A DNA stretch of 64,000 nt. Origin: Azolla caroliniana. Its lineage: Eukaryota; Plantae; Polypodiophyta. Each line of letters begins with the position of its first letter. Positions within the stretch are counted from its first letter, which is position 1. The position numbers and the translations under genes are program-made. The stretch covers positions 13,082,001-13,146,000 of the forward strand of contig JBHGNT010000020.1 in the NCBI GenBank assembly GCA_043228905.1, given 5' to 3'. The notes under the pieces were generated by a model. It was not told the origin of the DNA and did not search any database. It saw only the letters and a list, made by a program, of their open reading frames with translations. Below are positions 27,735 through 40,309 of the stretch, piece by piece.

Positions 27735-27779
<45 letters not shown>

Positions 27780-27895
27780 GCTTTGATGGATCCAATATGT
27801 GTATGCGCAAATGGAGGTGATGTACGATATCCAGCATGCCTAATTTGGCCATATCCATGGCTCAAATTCATCGTAAACCTGCTAACATCGCCCAT
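15299..27895 (-). CDS. DPE1: Plastidial 4-alpha-glucanotransferase / disproportionating enzyme 1 (GH77)
   Basis: 16 exons: 27895-27431, 24604-24542, 24441-24353, 24263-24203, 24090-24012, 23678-23542, 23434-23276, 23163-23084, 22912-22773, 22689-22658, 22575-22501, 22397-22325, 22248-22160, 16364-16320, 16228-16076, 15508-15299. GH77 motifs RRGGVLLHPTSLPG, WQVLPL, GDMPIYV, SGVPPDAFS.TGQLWG, FRIDHFRG, IAEDLG, YAGTHDNDT, RMNIP and GNWGWR. The N-terminus is Ser-rich and transit-peptide-like. Confidence 0.96.
16447..17158. repeat. About 300-bp tandem-like duplication in DPE1 intron 13
   Basis: About 16447-16767 and 16878-17158 share AACTAATCAAA.TTAGGTACAATATCTATCTGC ... GCTGAACCACAAACC.GAAACATGGATC. 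Confidence 0.85.
17159..18215 (+). mobile_element. 5' fragment of a Ty1/Copia LTR retrotransposon (LTR, PBS, truncated gag)
   Basis: LTR TGTTG...TTACA at 17159-17528, then PBS TGGTATCAGAGC (tRNA-iMet) at 17529-17540. gag starts at ATG 17658 (KLDRNNFASWEYKMHQYLVGQGYW; RKLQLRQELNNIQQRDMSIGSYTLKIKELCDAL, UBN2-type), is frameshifted, and is cut at 18215. Confidence 0.9.
18216..19997 (-). mobile_element. 3' fragment of an LTR retrotransposon: LTR, PPT and an extra coiled-coil ORF
   Basis: LTR TGTTG...TAACA at 18216-18666, abutted by the purine-rich GAGCGAGGGTCGAA on the minus strand. The GC-rich internal region holds overlapping ORFs 19165-20007 and 18774-19265 (E/K/R/Q-rich coiled coil, then a P/Q/E/T-rich tail). 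Confidence 0.7.
19998..20420 (-). mobile_element. Non-LTR (RTE-like LINE) reverse transcriptase fragment, decayed
   Basis: Translation LLPLLACIFNRAICEGFPTSWTEHTIVRIFKS....SNYRRIMIGHYIAK*YSSILESELSVWAE matches the LINE RT N-terminal signature. Confidence 0.75.
20631..21280. repeat. About 160-bp dispersed duplication in DPE1 intron 13
   Basis: About 20631-20793 matches about 21118-21279 (GAAAGATATATTAACGTC...AAAGTAAATAAGATAAAA). Confidence 0.85.
27162..27322. repeat. About 80-bp tandem duplication in DPE1 intron 1
   Basis: TATACGAGTTTCATTAAATGGAAGTATCTAAT...GTGAATCCTACATTGGTAAAC occurs twice. Confidence 0.85.
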
Positions 27896-29834
27896 TGGTA
27901 TCTCTCTTCTTCTTCTTTTGTCTCTCTCTCTCTCTCTCTCTCCCGCTCCCCCCCAACACACACACACACGAATGGAAGAGAGAATACTGTTATCTACGGA
28001 TTGGGCAATCCTCCATCACCAATTCACATCTTGGGTTTCAGATTTTGTTGCCAAAACTTTTCACAAGAAGAAGCCAATATATGTATGTAAGCTTTCCCTG
28101 CACACAGCAACCCTGGGCCTACATTCACACACACCATAGTATGAACCATACGTACATACGTGCATTCCGCATTCGAGAATGCTTCAATCATTCGAGTATA
28201 GTAAACACCCTCAACGTATGGTAAATACCATACTTTTGTATTCATTATTTATTTAGGAATGGTAAATACCATACTTTTGTATTCATTATTTATTCATTCA
28301 AAAAAAAGAAACCTTTTTGGCCCCCTAAAAAAAAAACTTTTTGGCCCCTCTATTTTGGCAAGTATATAGTAAACCACCCAAATTTCTGGTAGTTTTGCTA
28401 ATCCCCCATTTTGGCTTCACAACATGTCTCCCCAACTGTCTTCAGCTTCAATTATCAATAGAACCTTCACTGAAAGAGGGGCTCTAATCAGTTTTATCAG
28501 CCAAAATAGGGGGGCCAATAAGTTTTCTTTTTCTTTTTCTTTTTTAAGGTAAAAAGTGTAAAAAACAAAACAAAACAAAAGAATGTTTTGATAACATACG
28601 CATTCGTTTTCATCCGTATGAAGACGAATGTTTGCCAAAGCATTCCAATATATACTATGACACACACACATACATACATACATATGTCATACACATACAC
28701 ACACATACATACATACACATACACACACACACCTGACATTCACACGTTGTGATTTGTCGCCCAAGCAGATGGCATGGCTCTTCTTCGTAATTGGAGAAGA
28801 AGAAAACACATGTGTAAACATCTTTACTACCCGATGCTTACGTCCAGACTCGGGTAGGTGGACAGACGGACATCCATGCCGATCTGGTGCTAAAATTGGA
28901 TATCTGATGGAGAAAATGCGTCATACGGGTCTTACTGCTCGGGGCTTAACGTTCGGGACCAAGCAAAGAGTGGACAGAAAAAGCCATGCTTAACTCACCT
29001 TTGTGCAAAACCAGCTCGCTTACATGACGACATGTTTGATAGAAACTTGCTAGATTTCATGTCAATGTGGCGAGCGAGCATAGAGGTTAGGGATTTGTAT
29101 TTGATTGACCAACAATCCCTTGAATCAAGGCTCTTTGACGCATCTCCTGTTATGCCTAACTTCACCTAGCACTCGACTTGGGTTAAGGATGGGCACTGAT
29201 ATCTTGGGTGTAACTTTTCACCGCATTATGGACATAAAGATAAAAACCAAGTGTGAACATGACCATCCAAATCATGCATGGACAGATCCATTTGACACTC
29301 ATGAAATACTAAGAACAAAATACTAGAATGCTAAAAACAAAAAAAGGCCCAAAAAGAATCAACAATGCTAAGAATGGCTCAATAGAACGCGGTAAATGCA
29401 ACAAGAGAGATTCACAATCAGTGTCAAGTAAGAATGCAAAACCAACACTCAAAGGATCTCTACATCTTGTGTGGAAACCTCCCCTTTCTTATGAATGCAA
29501 CATATTAGAATCATTGTTGAACTATGAAGCTAATCATGCAAAAGATTAACAAGAGCTTATTGTATGTCTTGTGGCAAGGGTATGTAATGGAGCCGCCTCA
29601 TTAATGCATAGTAATGAAATCCAGGTGCGTTAATGGAATAAACTATCGAGTTCTCATTGAAGCAGTATCCATACAAGGACAAGGAAAAATTTCTTTATCC
29701 AATTATCAACAATTGCATGTCAAATATCAATGTTGTGAGTTTCGGCTCCTATATCCCGACCTTATAATACTTTATCTCCCTATATAGCCACAAAAGCAAC
29801 GACTACCAAACTCATGCATCTCCTTCTCCATTAT

Positions 29835-30026
29835 ATTATCATTTAGCTTCAAAGTTTTAACATTGGCTAAATAACCAACGATCGCTTTCCTTATTACTTC
29901 GTATTTAACACTTGCCAATACTTTTACATGGTTGATAAGTCATAATCTTATCATTTGGCTTTAAAGTTTTAACATTGGCTAAATAACCAATGATCGCTTT
30001 CCTTATTACTTCATATTTAACACTTA
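29835..30026. repeat. About 75-bp duplicated unit at 112-bp spacing, intergenic
   Basis: TATCATTT.GCTT.AAAGTTTTAACATTGGCTAAATAACCAA.GATCGCTTTCCTTATTACTTC occurs twice. Confidence 0.8.
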
Positions 30027-30500
30027 TTTTACATTTTGTGATACACTCTTATGGCATTCAAACTTTATACATGCTCACTGAATGATTGCCACTTATATTG
30101 TCCACAAAAACCAACACTTATCTTGTCCACAACAAACTACTCATAAGCTTGAGCACGATTTGTTTGTATAGCATTGTGGTTGTCGTGGTGTCTTAACAAT
30201 AAGCTTTCATGCAAGTAGATCGTGCAAGTTTAACTTAACAACATCGATTGATTGATAATGAGCTAAGTAAAACAAACATGAGCTTGAGTAGACATAGTTC
30301 ACAAAAGAACAAGGACCACCCAATGTCCTCTGCTAGACTTATATTTGAACTATGTAGGCTTAACTACTTTAAAACCACAAGTTGACTTAACAAGAATACT
30401 CATTCTTGGCTCGATCCAAGCAATATAAGTTCCATGCATCATTTCCCAAACATCACAAATGAAAGTTTAGTCTAATGTCCCATGGACTTTATGTGTGAAT

Positions 30501-31184
30501 TGATAAGACCGTAAATCAACAAGAAAGATAGACTCCTATAGGCTATGATATACATAACAAAAAATAGAAATAATACATAATACATCCGATTTACGTGGAA
30601 ACCCTAAAATGGGGGAAAACTAAGAGGCAATAGATATTCACTATATGACAGAGATGCAAGAGGAAATAGATTTCAAAGACTTTGCTTAACAAGTATTCAC
30701 CGCTTAGGGTTTTGGCAAGTTCCCCTAACTATGCCTACACTTCACCTCTCTTGTCTCCTACTTCTCTCAATCAATGCTCGATTGTTCTACACAGTTCAAC
30801 TTCTTCTACAACTGCACAACTCACACAAAAGTTTGCCCTAGCTTCACATGTTTATAGCAGGAATAAGTTATTATTGTAATATAATAATAACAGTTATTCG
30901 ACCATAAGGTCAGCTCCAGTAGTCGGTATTGTCTTCGACCATCGGTCAGCCCGACTAGTTGGCTTATTCTTTCACTTGGATCATCCACCCAATATTGTCA
31001 ACCTCCAAATTGGTCGATCTCCAAGTTGTTCCTCTAGTCGTTCTAGTCGACCTGAATGGTCGACTCTTCATTTCCTTCACTTAGTCGACTCACTAGTCAA
31101 TCCAACCGACGGACCCGATTTCAACTACCGATTCTCCCAATCGATCATCCGACTTCTCCCATTAGGAGGGATAGAATCGTAACA
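30501..31184 (-). mobile_element. Solo LTR (684 bp)
   Basis: TG...CA termini (TGATA...TAACA) and a perfect 5-bp TSD TGAAT (30496-30500 and 31185-31189). Contains TTACGTGGAAACCC...GGGGGAAAAC, a motif shared with other solo LTRs here. Confidence 0.88.
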
Positions 31185-31860
31185 TGAATGAAGCTTTTCG
31201 AAGCTCATTGGTCAATGATACAACAATTGCATCATAGTAACCCAATTGTACAAGCACATACGTTGTATCTACCAACAAACAAAATAAAACATTATCTTTT
31301 CTAGAACTATATCATCAAAACCATATACGAGTTATTATTTTATTCTTAGCTAGACATTCAATGTACATCAATGATAAAATTTAAATACATGTTATGGGCT
31401 TGCTATCTTGGAGGACTCTATCACCTCATTCTGAATCCATGTCAAAATATTCGCTCAATTCAGGTCCCAGGATTTTGATGTTCATGATATTCAGTCCATG
31501 CCCTTAGAGTTTAGCCATCGATATTCAGTCGAGGAGCTACAATCACATGACTTAGATATTTGGCAAGCATGCAAATGCCACAACAAACGCACGATCATAG
31601 CACACAATATCAATCATTCGAGTGGACTCTTGACCACGTTGAATGATGCATTACATGGTCGATCATCATCATGATTCAACAAAGAACCGAGCATCCATGT
31701 CCTAACTACAAACCTCATATCTAAGGATCTTAACACCAACACTCATGCCTATAAAACTAATAGACATTTAGTCCACTACATGTTGAATGAATGAGTGGGG
31801 TATTTGATTTCTTTGTTCGAAGGGGGGTGGGGGCATTCAGACATAGTGGCATGGCAAGGC

Positions 31861-32342
<482 letters not shown>

Positions 32343-32585
32343 GAATAAGAGATAGAGTAGAAAGATCCATCAGGCTTCCATTCTAAGAAGAGAAGAAGGT
32401 AAAAGATGATCGAAAGATCCATCAGGTTTCCATTCTAAGAAGAGAAGAAGAAATCATAAGCAAACAGTAGCTGCAGAAGAAGAAGAAGAAGACAAGTATC
32501 GCAGCAGCAGCGGGAGAAGAAGAAGAAGAAGAAGAAGAAGAAGAAGAAGGGAGAGGGGGAGGAGACGGATCGTTCTCCTCGGGCC

Positions 32586-35500
32586 ATGGATCGGAAAGCT
32601 TCCCATGCCGGATCATGGTACACCGACAACGGTATTTTTTTCTCAGTTTGTTTTTGTCTTTTCATATTTGCTTCTTTTAGTCTCCATGGATTCACTTGTA
32701 CTTAAGGTTTAGGGTCCGATTCCTGTTTGTTCTTTTCTTTTCAAATAATTCTAGTATAGATTCATTCAGTCCTTTTGTTGTCGTTTTTTTGTTTAATTTC
32801 TGAGGATAAGATATGCTCCTGATTTGCGTGTATCGTTTTGCTTTCTTCATACGGCTTCATCCATGTCATATGTTTTTTCTGATGGAGAAAATCTCATATC
32901 TCGACTCAATTTTATCTGCAGAGACACAGTGTTCCTTGTTCCTGAGTCCTGAAATACCCTGTGTTTTTCTTTATTACCACAACAAATAGGACAAATGCTT
33001 ACTTGAGAGGGCATGGCTGAGGGAACATTGGGACATAAATGGGAACTCAGGGGGAAAGTTGAGGAAATAAAGAAGAACTCGTGTATTTTTTTGAGTAACC
33101 AAGAATCTAATATTGCCAAATCCTTCTGTTTCTTTTTGGTTCTTCCCCTGTGACTATTTGTATTCTAAGGAAAACATTTCTTTTCTTTGCAAGTATAGCC
33201 TCTGAACTCGGCAAAGAATTGGATACATGGCTTGAGAGATGTGGTTTGCAGAAACAGCCTAATGCAAGAGCAGTTATTGCACCGTCGGGTTTTTTTACTC
33301 ACATAATTATTTCTTCATTTATTTATGTTATCTTATTTTGTTTCTAACTTTCCATTGGTTTGAACTTGAATGGTTTGCTGACATAACTATTATCTTTTTT
33401 GTAGCCATGCTGGATATAGTTATTCTGGTAGATGTGCAGCTTACGCATTTGCAAACATAGATCCAACAACTGTGTAAGATCTCATGAAATAAATATAATA
33501 GTATGTTCCTTTATATATGTAACCTTTTCTCGTCTTCTTGTATAGCCAACATAGAACAGTCTTTATATATAGCTTAAACCCTGAAAATATGCCAGTTACG
33601 TCCTTGATTAGCACATAACATACTTTTTCCTTTGTTTTTCTGTCTGAAAGATCAAGAGTGTTTCTTCTTGGACCCTCTCATCATTACTATACGCGGAAAT
33701 GTGCACTATCAAAGGTGTCTATATACCGAACACCGTTGGGAGATTTACCCATTGATCTTGAAGGTAAAATTTTCGCTAAGCATCACTTGCGATATCTGGT
33801 CGTTTTGTTTCATGGGTTTCATCTTGAGACTGGCTTTACCTCTCTATAATCATTTAGTGTATATGTGGAGCTGTTTGAAGACAAATAGTGCTTGATATAT
33901 AATAGGCCGTCAATAGAAAAGCTATTGAAAAATGTTTTTTTAAACCTTTTCACAACCTTTAATCATTTTATTGTATGGATGAGATTTTCTAAAATTGTTT
34001 TAGCTTCAAGAAGGTATATTACATAGGTTTTATTTCATCTTCAGATTAGGTTTGACACATAATATTGTAGCTTATGTATGGAGCTATTTTAAGACAAAAA
34101 CGGGCAAATATGTAACTTGCATGTAATACAAGGTTACTAAAATGTATAAACTAAATTCATAAGATTTACAATGTACAAAAGAAAGAAAAACATAATAGGT
34201 GTTTGACATGGTTAGTATATTATTGCTATTTCACTTATGTTTTGAAATGCTTTGTGAGATTTATAGAAATATTTTACCAATTTGCCTCAACCTCAAATCT
34301 ACAACTTCAAAGGTTATATAATTGTGCGTTGTATCATACCGTACATGGCATCTTTACCATCCCATTATCATCACGTAGGACACGCATGGGTGAATAAGGA
34401 TATGAATTGACCCTTGCACTGCTTCAAATGTATTCCCTGTGAAATAAGTTTTGCAGAACATAGACTTATTTCTTCTGAAAGTCCAAAGAATGTTAGCTAT
34501 GGTTTATTGATAGTACTAGAATAACTTTGTGAGGTATAGAAATCTATCCCGAAGTCCAAAGATGACGGCAATGATATACCAATAGTACAACTGAAATGTA
34601 TATGTCCTTGTTTTTGCGGATGGTGTATCTTTCCTAGGAGCTAAAAGTGAAGATTGATTCCAAGCTTGTGGCCTTGCCATGGTGATTCAAGAGTGAGCAA
34701 TAGTGGAAACTTACTGGAAAGAAATGGCTAGTGAGCTTTGGCTTGATGGTGCTATCAATGAAAAATTACTAGTTGTACAGATACGGACACGTAAATGCTC
34801 CATAAATGATTATTTATAGTCTGTCATAGAGAACTCATGAATTGTTCAACATAGAAAGGTGATAAATGATGTATGATGAGCACACTTATGGTAGATGATA
34901 ATCAGGAAGTTACACGATCTATGATATCTGAAGAGAAGCTACATCTTTTCAGTTGATTGCTCATCTTAGTTGATACCTGCATAAAGTAAGTTTGCAAAAA
35001 GGATTTTCGGTCTTTGAAAGCATCAATTGTTTTGGCTATTCATTATGTGTAAATTGAAGATCTCAGTCACTTGGGTATGACTGGCTTTTGTCATGGGATG
35101 ATTTTTCCTTTCCTTTGTGGTGAAGTCACTAGTGGAGTGTTTTACTTTGCAGTTTCAATGAAAAAACGAAGATCCTGTAAGTTACCTTCTTTTTGAGGTG
35201 TATGGTGTTCTTCAATTGTTGCTCTAATCCTGAAGTTGGCTTATTTATGTCAAAAATCTTGTGTTGGGATTTAATTTACAGCTGTGAAAGTTGGGTTTGA
35301 TGGTCTTAGAGTTGCACTATTTTGTTTTGGAGACTTCAGTCAGTTCATTTATTTATTATCTCCATATAGTTATGGCTGGTAACTTTGGATAGTGTGCTGG
35401 TGTTTGTTACACAGCATTCTGTAGGGGCTTTGGATGGTCTCTTTCTTTCGATACTTCACCATGGATGTATATAAAAAACATTTACTCCATTGGATTAGTT

Positions 35501-36935
35501 GATAGTTATGAGGATGCTCTCATGTCTATGTTTCTTTTGCGTTTCTAATGTCTTTCCATGGTTATTAGTATTTATGATGTCTACTTTGTGTAGCTAATGA
35601 TATGCTTTATTCAAACCTACAGTTACACTTAGCATGTGTACTTGATTCTCATAAAAAATTTATCTAAATAAAATTACTAACCACTAGAACTTGAGTTTCT
35701 CTCTGGGCATCTAGATCCACAATATCCATCTAGGTCACTACTTTCACCTGTAATGTAATTTTCATACTTCCAAATTCCCTTGTACTAAAACATTATGGAA
35801 GTGCTCTTCCTTCACCTCTAGTTTCTGCTTTTCACTGCCATCACTGACTTTTTCACATTCTGCAGTCTACAGTGAATTGAAAAGTAGTGGCAAGTTTGAA
35901 GACATGAGCATAAGTGTAGATGAAGCAGAACATAGCATGGAGATGCATTTGCCTTACTTGGCTAAGATTTTCAAGGGGTAAAAAAAGAGAACTTTTGCCA
36001 TGGAATTGAGTGCTTTCATTTATAGGTCGAGGAATCTACTTTAAAGCATGGTTATCCTCTTTCTTGAGAAGCAACTTCATACATGTTTTTTTGACCTCTT
36101 GAACCAGGCAGTCTGTGAAGATTGTACCAATTCTTGTCGGTGCTCTATCATCTCACGGTGAGGAGGCATATGGTAAAATTCTTGCAAAATATATCGATGA
36201 TCCGTCAAACTTCTTTTCAGTCTCATCTGATTTTTGTCACTGGGGACAAAGGCAAGTACACTGAAAGAAAAAAATGCAAATATCATTCTTTAATTTTGCC
36301 TAAAAATTGTTAGCAATATTTAATTTTGTTCCCATATGTATTATGATTAAAATGAATATATGGTTTCTCGAGTTTTCTAACAAAAATTGTTGTGATTGAT
36401 ATGTAGATTCGATTATATCCGATACGATGAAAGACAAGGTCCTATCTATAAATACATAGAGTCACTTGACCATAATGGTATGCAAGCTATAGAATCAGGA
36501 AATCCTGAAGTTTTCAGATCATACATTTCAGATTGTAAAAATACGATTTGTGGTCGCCATCCAATTGCAGTCTTTATGCATGTAAGCTAAAACTTTCATT
36601 TTGAAATGTTGTGAATGCGTTCATGAGTTAAGTGCTCATTTTGATAAGTTGCGAATGCTTACATGTGTTAAGCTTCATTTCAATCTGTTATGAATGCATA
36701 CATGACTTTAGAAAGCTTTCATTTCAATATTTTGGCTTATGCATGTAAAGCGAAAAGCTTCCACTATTCATATCTATATGTATATATGATACCCATATGA
36801 TCCATGCAGATGGCAAAGAATTGTTCAACTCCGATGAAAATCAAGTTCTTGCAGTATGAACAATCGAGTCGGTGTATGAACAAGCGAGATAGTAGTGTAA
36901 GCTATGCATCTGCTGTGGCTACAGTTGATGAATGA
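32586..36935 (+). CDS. MEMO1: MEMO1-family (AmmeMemoRadiSam B / UPF0103) protein
   Basis: Exons 32586-32631, 33199-33283, 33405-33473, 33651-33763, 35866-35977, 36108-36251, 36407-36581 and 36810-36935. Motifs [59 protein letters not shown] and DSSVSYAS. Intron 6 is GC-AG. Confidence 0.95.
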
Positions 36936-39900
36936 ATTTCTGCCATAATACTTGGTGAAGCAGTAGAGCTTTCTACACAAGGAAGATGATATGGGCACAC
37001 TATCTTCCCTGAACTAACCTCATAGCTGGTTGTACAGGATTAATCAAGCTATTGTTATGTGTCACTAACTCAGAACCATGGATAATAAATAATAATCGAG
37101 AAATATACATGTATTTCTTTACAATAAATGTGTTTCTTTACTTGTTTGGCTGTTTTTTTATGTATATTTCTAATTGTTAAATTTTTCTCGATCCATTACA
37201 AAGCAATTGAAAAGCTCTGTTTAATGTTAAGACAAATTCTTCAAAAGAGCTTTGTCCTTTGTCATCACGGAGACAAGGTGCAGGTAGATAGATCAGATCT
37301 AATTTAAACCTAAGCAAGCTAAATATGTCCTTGAGGAATCAAGAGGGATGGCATTCGGAGGGGTTGATTGGGAGATTGGGTTGGGGTCAACTACCATTGT
37401 GGTGCATTGTAACCCCTTCTAGAGAAAACAAATGTGCCTTTTTGATCCAGGTGTGTTTGCAAGTGGTATTGTGTGAAATGCGTTCTTCCCGCTGCCCACT
37501 TGGAGATGCACATTGTTATTGGAAGGCCTATTGGATGGTGTGTTATTTTGCCCATCTTGGATGAGGTGGGCCCACACCATTTTCTTGGTTTACAATGATA
37601 TCAGTTATCCCATTTTGTTGCTCGGTGTCTTGGTCCTGTAGGTGTTGATTGCAGAAGACAGTAAGGCAAAAAAGTAAATGTGATCATTTCTTTGTAGTCA
37701 ATGACCTTGAAAATGTTCCCTATATGCAACATGATGTGCAGGCATGATATGTAAATGTGAATGGTCGGCTTCACCCACAACTCATTGCATGATATACAAT
37801 GAATGATGTGCATTATTGAGTGTGTTGCTCATGGAAATTTTATATGATTGTTATTTATTTAGTGCATTCTTGATGCTTACTTCTAGTTGCATAATCTAGT
37901 GGTATTTTCTTGTTCAAGTAGCATTGCTATTTGGATGGATGGGGCGAGCTTTTCAAAGAATTCATTAATATGTTTGTGACAATTATTGTCTCTGCCTACG
38001 AACCTCCTTATTGAAATATTATTAAATAAATATACAAACGTGAATACTTGCATTACAATATTAAAGTCATGTTTTTCAACTTACAATCAAACATCATAGT
38101 TTGACATTCATTACAAGAACTCTCCATAAGTTTGGGTACAAGAACTTGCACGCCAACATTTTACTCCTACAGAAATGGCTTTACATTCGTAACATTGATA
38201 TTGACTATGTTTACCCAACATAAGTAGTGAAAGTCATAACATTGCATCCTTTAAAAGGCAATGCCAACAAAAACTACGTTTAAGTTCAACATGCATAGTG
38301 TTCCAACCTTTTGTTAATTAATCAAAAGCTTATGAAGAAAGTAAAATAACATATGCCAAAGTTGCACAAGCTATATCTCTTGGGGGATGTTATCTTTTTA
38401 TACATTGTCCACTAGTAATGATATGTGTACTTGATCAATGAATTCTTAGTTTCTTACATCTAGCCATAATTGGGTTTTGATGATGAAATTCCCGAGAAAG
38501 GATGCACTTGAGATGTCTAAATCCATGTAGAGATTTCTATACATAGCAAAGTATTTCCTAAAATACAGAAATGAGGAAAAAAGTACAAACACAACAAAAC
38601 AATTTGGGCTGCCAGAACATTCTTGAACTCTTAAGCTTTCAAAAGTTGTTAGTTTTGCTATCTATGACCCGTTTCCTAAAGCCGATGTTACCCAATTTGA
38701 TTTTTTAAATTTGGCAATACATTTATTACTAGTGGGAAACCTCGATTCGAGGTACAACCACACAAATAATAAACATACAAGATATTAGTAACCAAAACGA
38801 CTTAGAATAAAAATAGAGGGATTTGGGCAAATTGTAGACAACCTTAAAGAAAATGTCCCAAAGAGGACTTAAAGAAATGAAAGTCAACGATACGTAGTTG
38901 ACCAAATATTACATTAATTTGAGTTATCCAAATGGTCCATAGTACCAAGAATTTAATCCAATGGAAAACAATGGCATTGCATGTAAATGATAAAAAGAAG
39001 ACTAACAACCAAAAGGAATCTCTAATACACGTTTGGAAACTTGTGTCAAAGATTGCCCATGACTTGATGGATAAAAGTTCTTGTTAATGGAGAAATACAT
39101 AATTAGTCAATCCTTTGAAACACCCCACATAAAGAGAATAAATTATTCACCTTTTCTCTTATGAGATTGTTAAGGGCATAACCATATATGTTACAACTGA
39201 GCATAAGCATAATTGCTCATGAGATAGGTTATCTATAGTTTTAACTTTCCCCCAATCATACGACAAGTACATGAGGGTTAATTTTGAAAGGAACGAGTGT
39301 ATGAAATCATGTTGGTAACAGAGAAGTATACATAATAAGCATAACTTGAAGTAGTATGAAGGCATGAAAGGCACCGCAACTTTCTTATAGTACTCATTTG
39401 ACCTCATCTTTATCTTGTGTACACTTGGGGTTGCTAATAACCTTTGAAAATATGCAACAAATTTGGGAAAAGTAAGACTTTTAAAACATATGTACATTCA
39501 TTATTAGTCAATACTAATACACGAACCTTGACATTGTCATCACTCTAAGTAATTTTGGAATAATGTTGTTTGTAAACATAAGGGTATAAAAATAAACTTT
39601 TCAACATTGCCTCTAAACATGTACATGCTAGTAGCTACACACATCATTGATGACATGGAACCCATCATAATATAAAATATGTAATTGGTTACATGACCTT
39701 ATATTAGGTTATTGTAATAATGGTGTAGTTGAAATTGTTTAGAGATTGTCAATTAAGAAATACATAAACCCAAAGTTACAAGCCATCATATGACCAGTCA
39801 CCAAACCACACATTCTAGAATCAAAATCAATCTTTATACATTCAAGAGAGTTGTGAACACATCAAATAATCAAACCAACTTAGTCTCAATATAATATTAT

Positions 39901-40309
39901 GATGCATTAATGAAATAACAATTTGATTTACAAATATTAGTCAAGTGTGTTTGTTAAGATGAAGCACAAATAAACTAATTGGATTGGTTTGTGTATTGTT
40001 GACCATCGAAGAGTTCTCCAAGCATGTGGAAAACTTGCAAAATATTGCCATGGTGTATGTCAACAATTTTTCACGATTGTTCCATGCATTGTCATGGGCA
40101 TATGCCTTGACTTGAATCCCACAATTCAAATGAAGATGTGGCATCGTGACATTATATCCCATATATGAACATGGTTATGACTTCTACGTCAATGACCTTC
40201 TTGTTCCTACTACTATGTGGTACCCTCCTCACAACCAATGTCGACAAGAAAGGGCCATATAATAGCCATGTAGGCTCCTTATTAGAGTTTGTTGCCTATG
40301 TTATACTAA

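Noticed and set aside
27676-28139. Poly-His and poly-Asp/Glu ORFs
   Set aside because: They are alternative frames or the opposite strand of the DPE1 poly-Ser microsatellite.
37900-40180. Possible decayed DNA-transposon coding remnants (also near 20-700, 3000-3240 and 62400-64000)
   Set aside because: No convincing catalytic motif, TIR or TSD could be read by eye; a translated HMM search would be needed.
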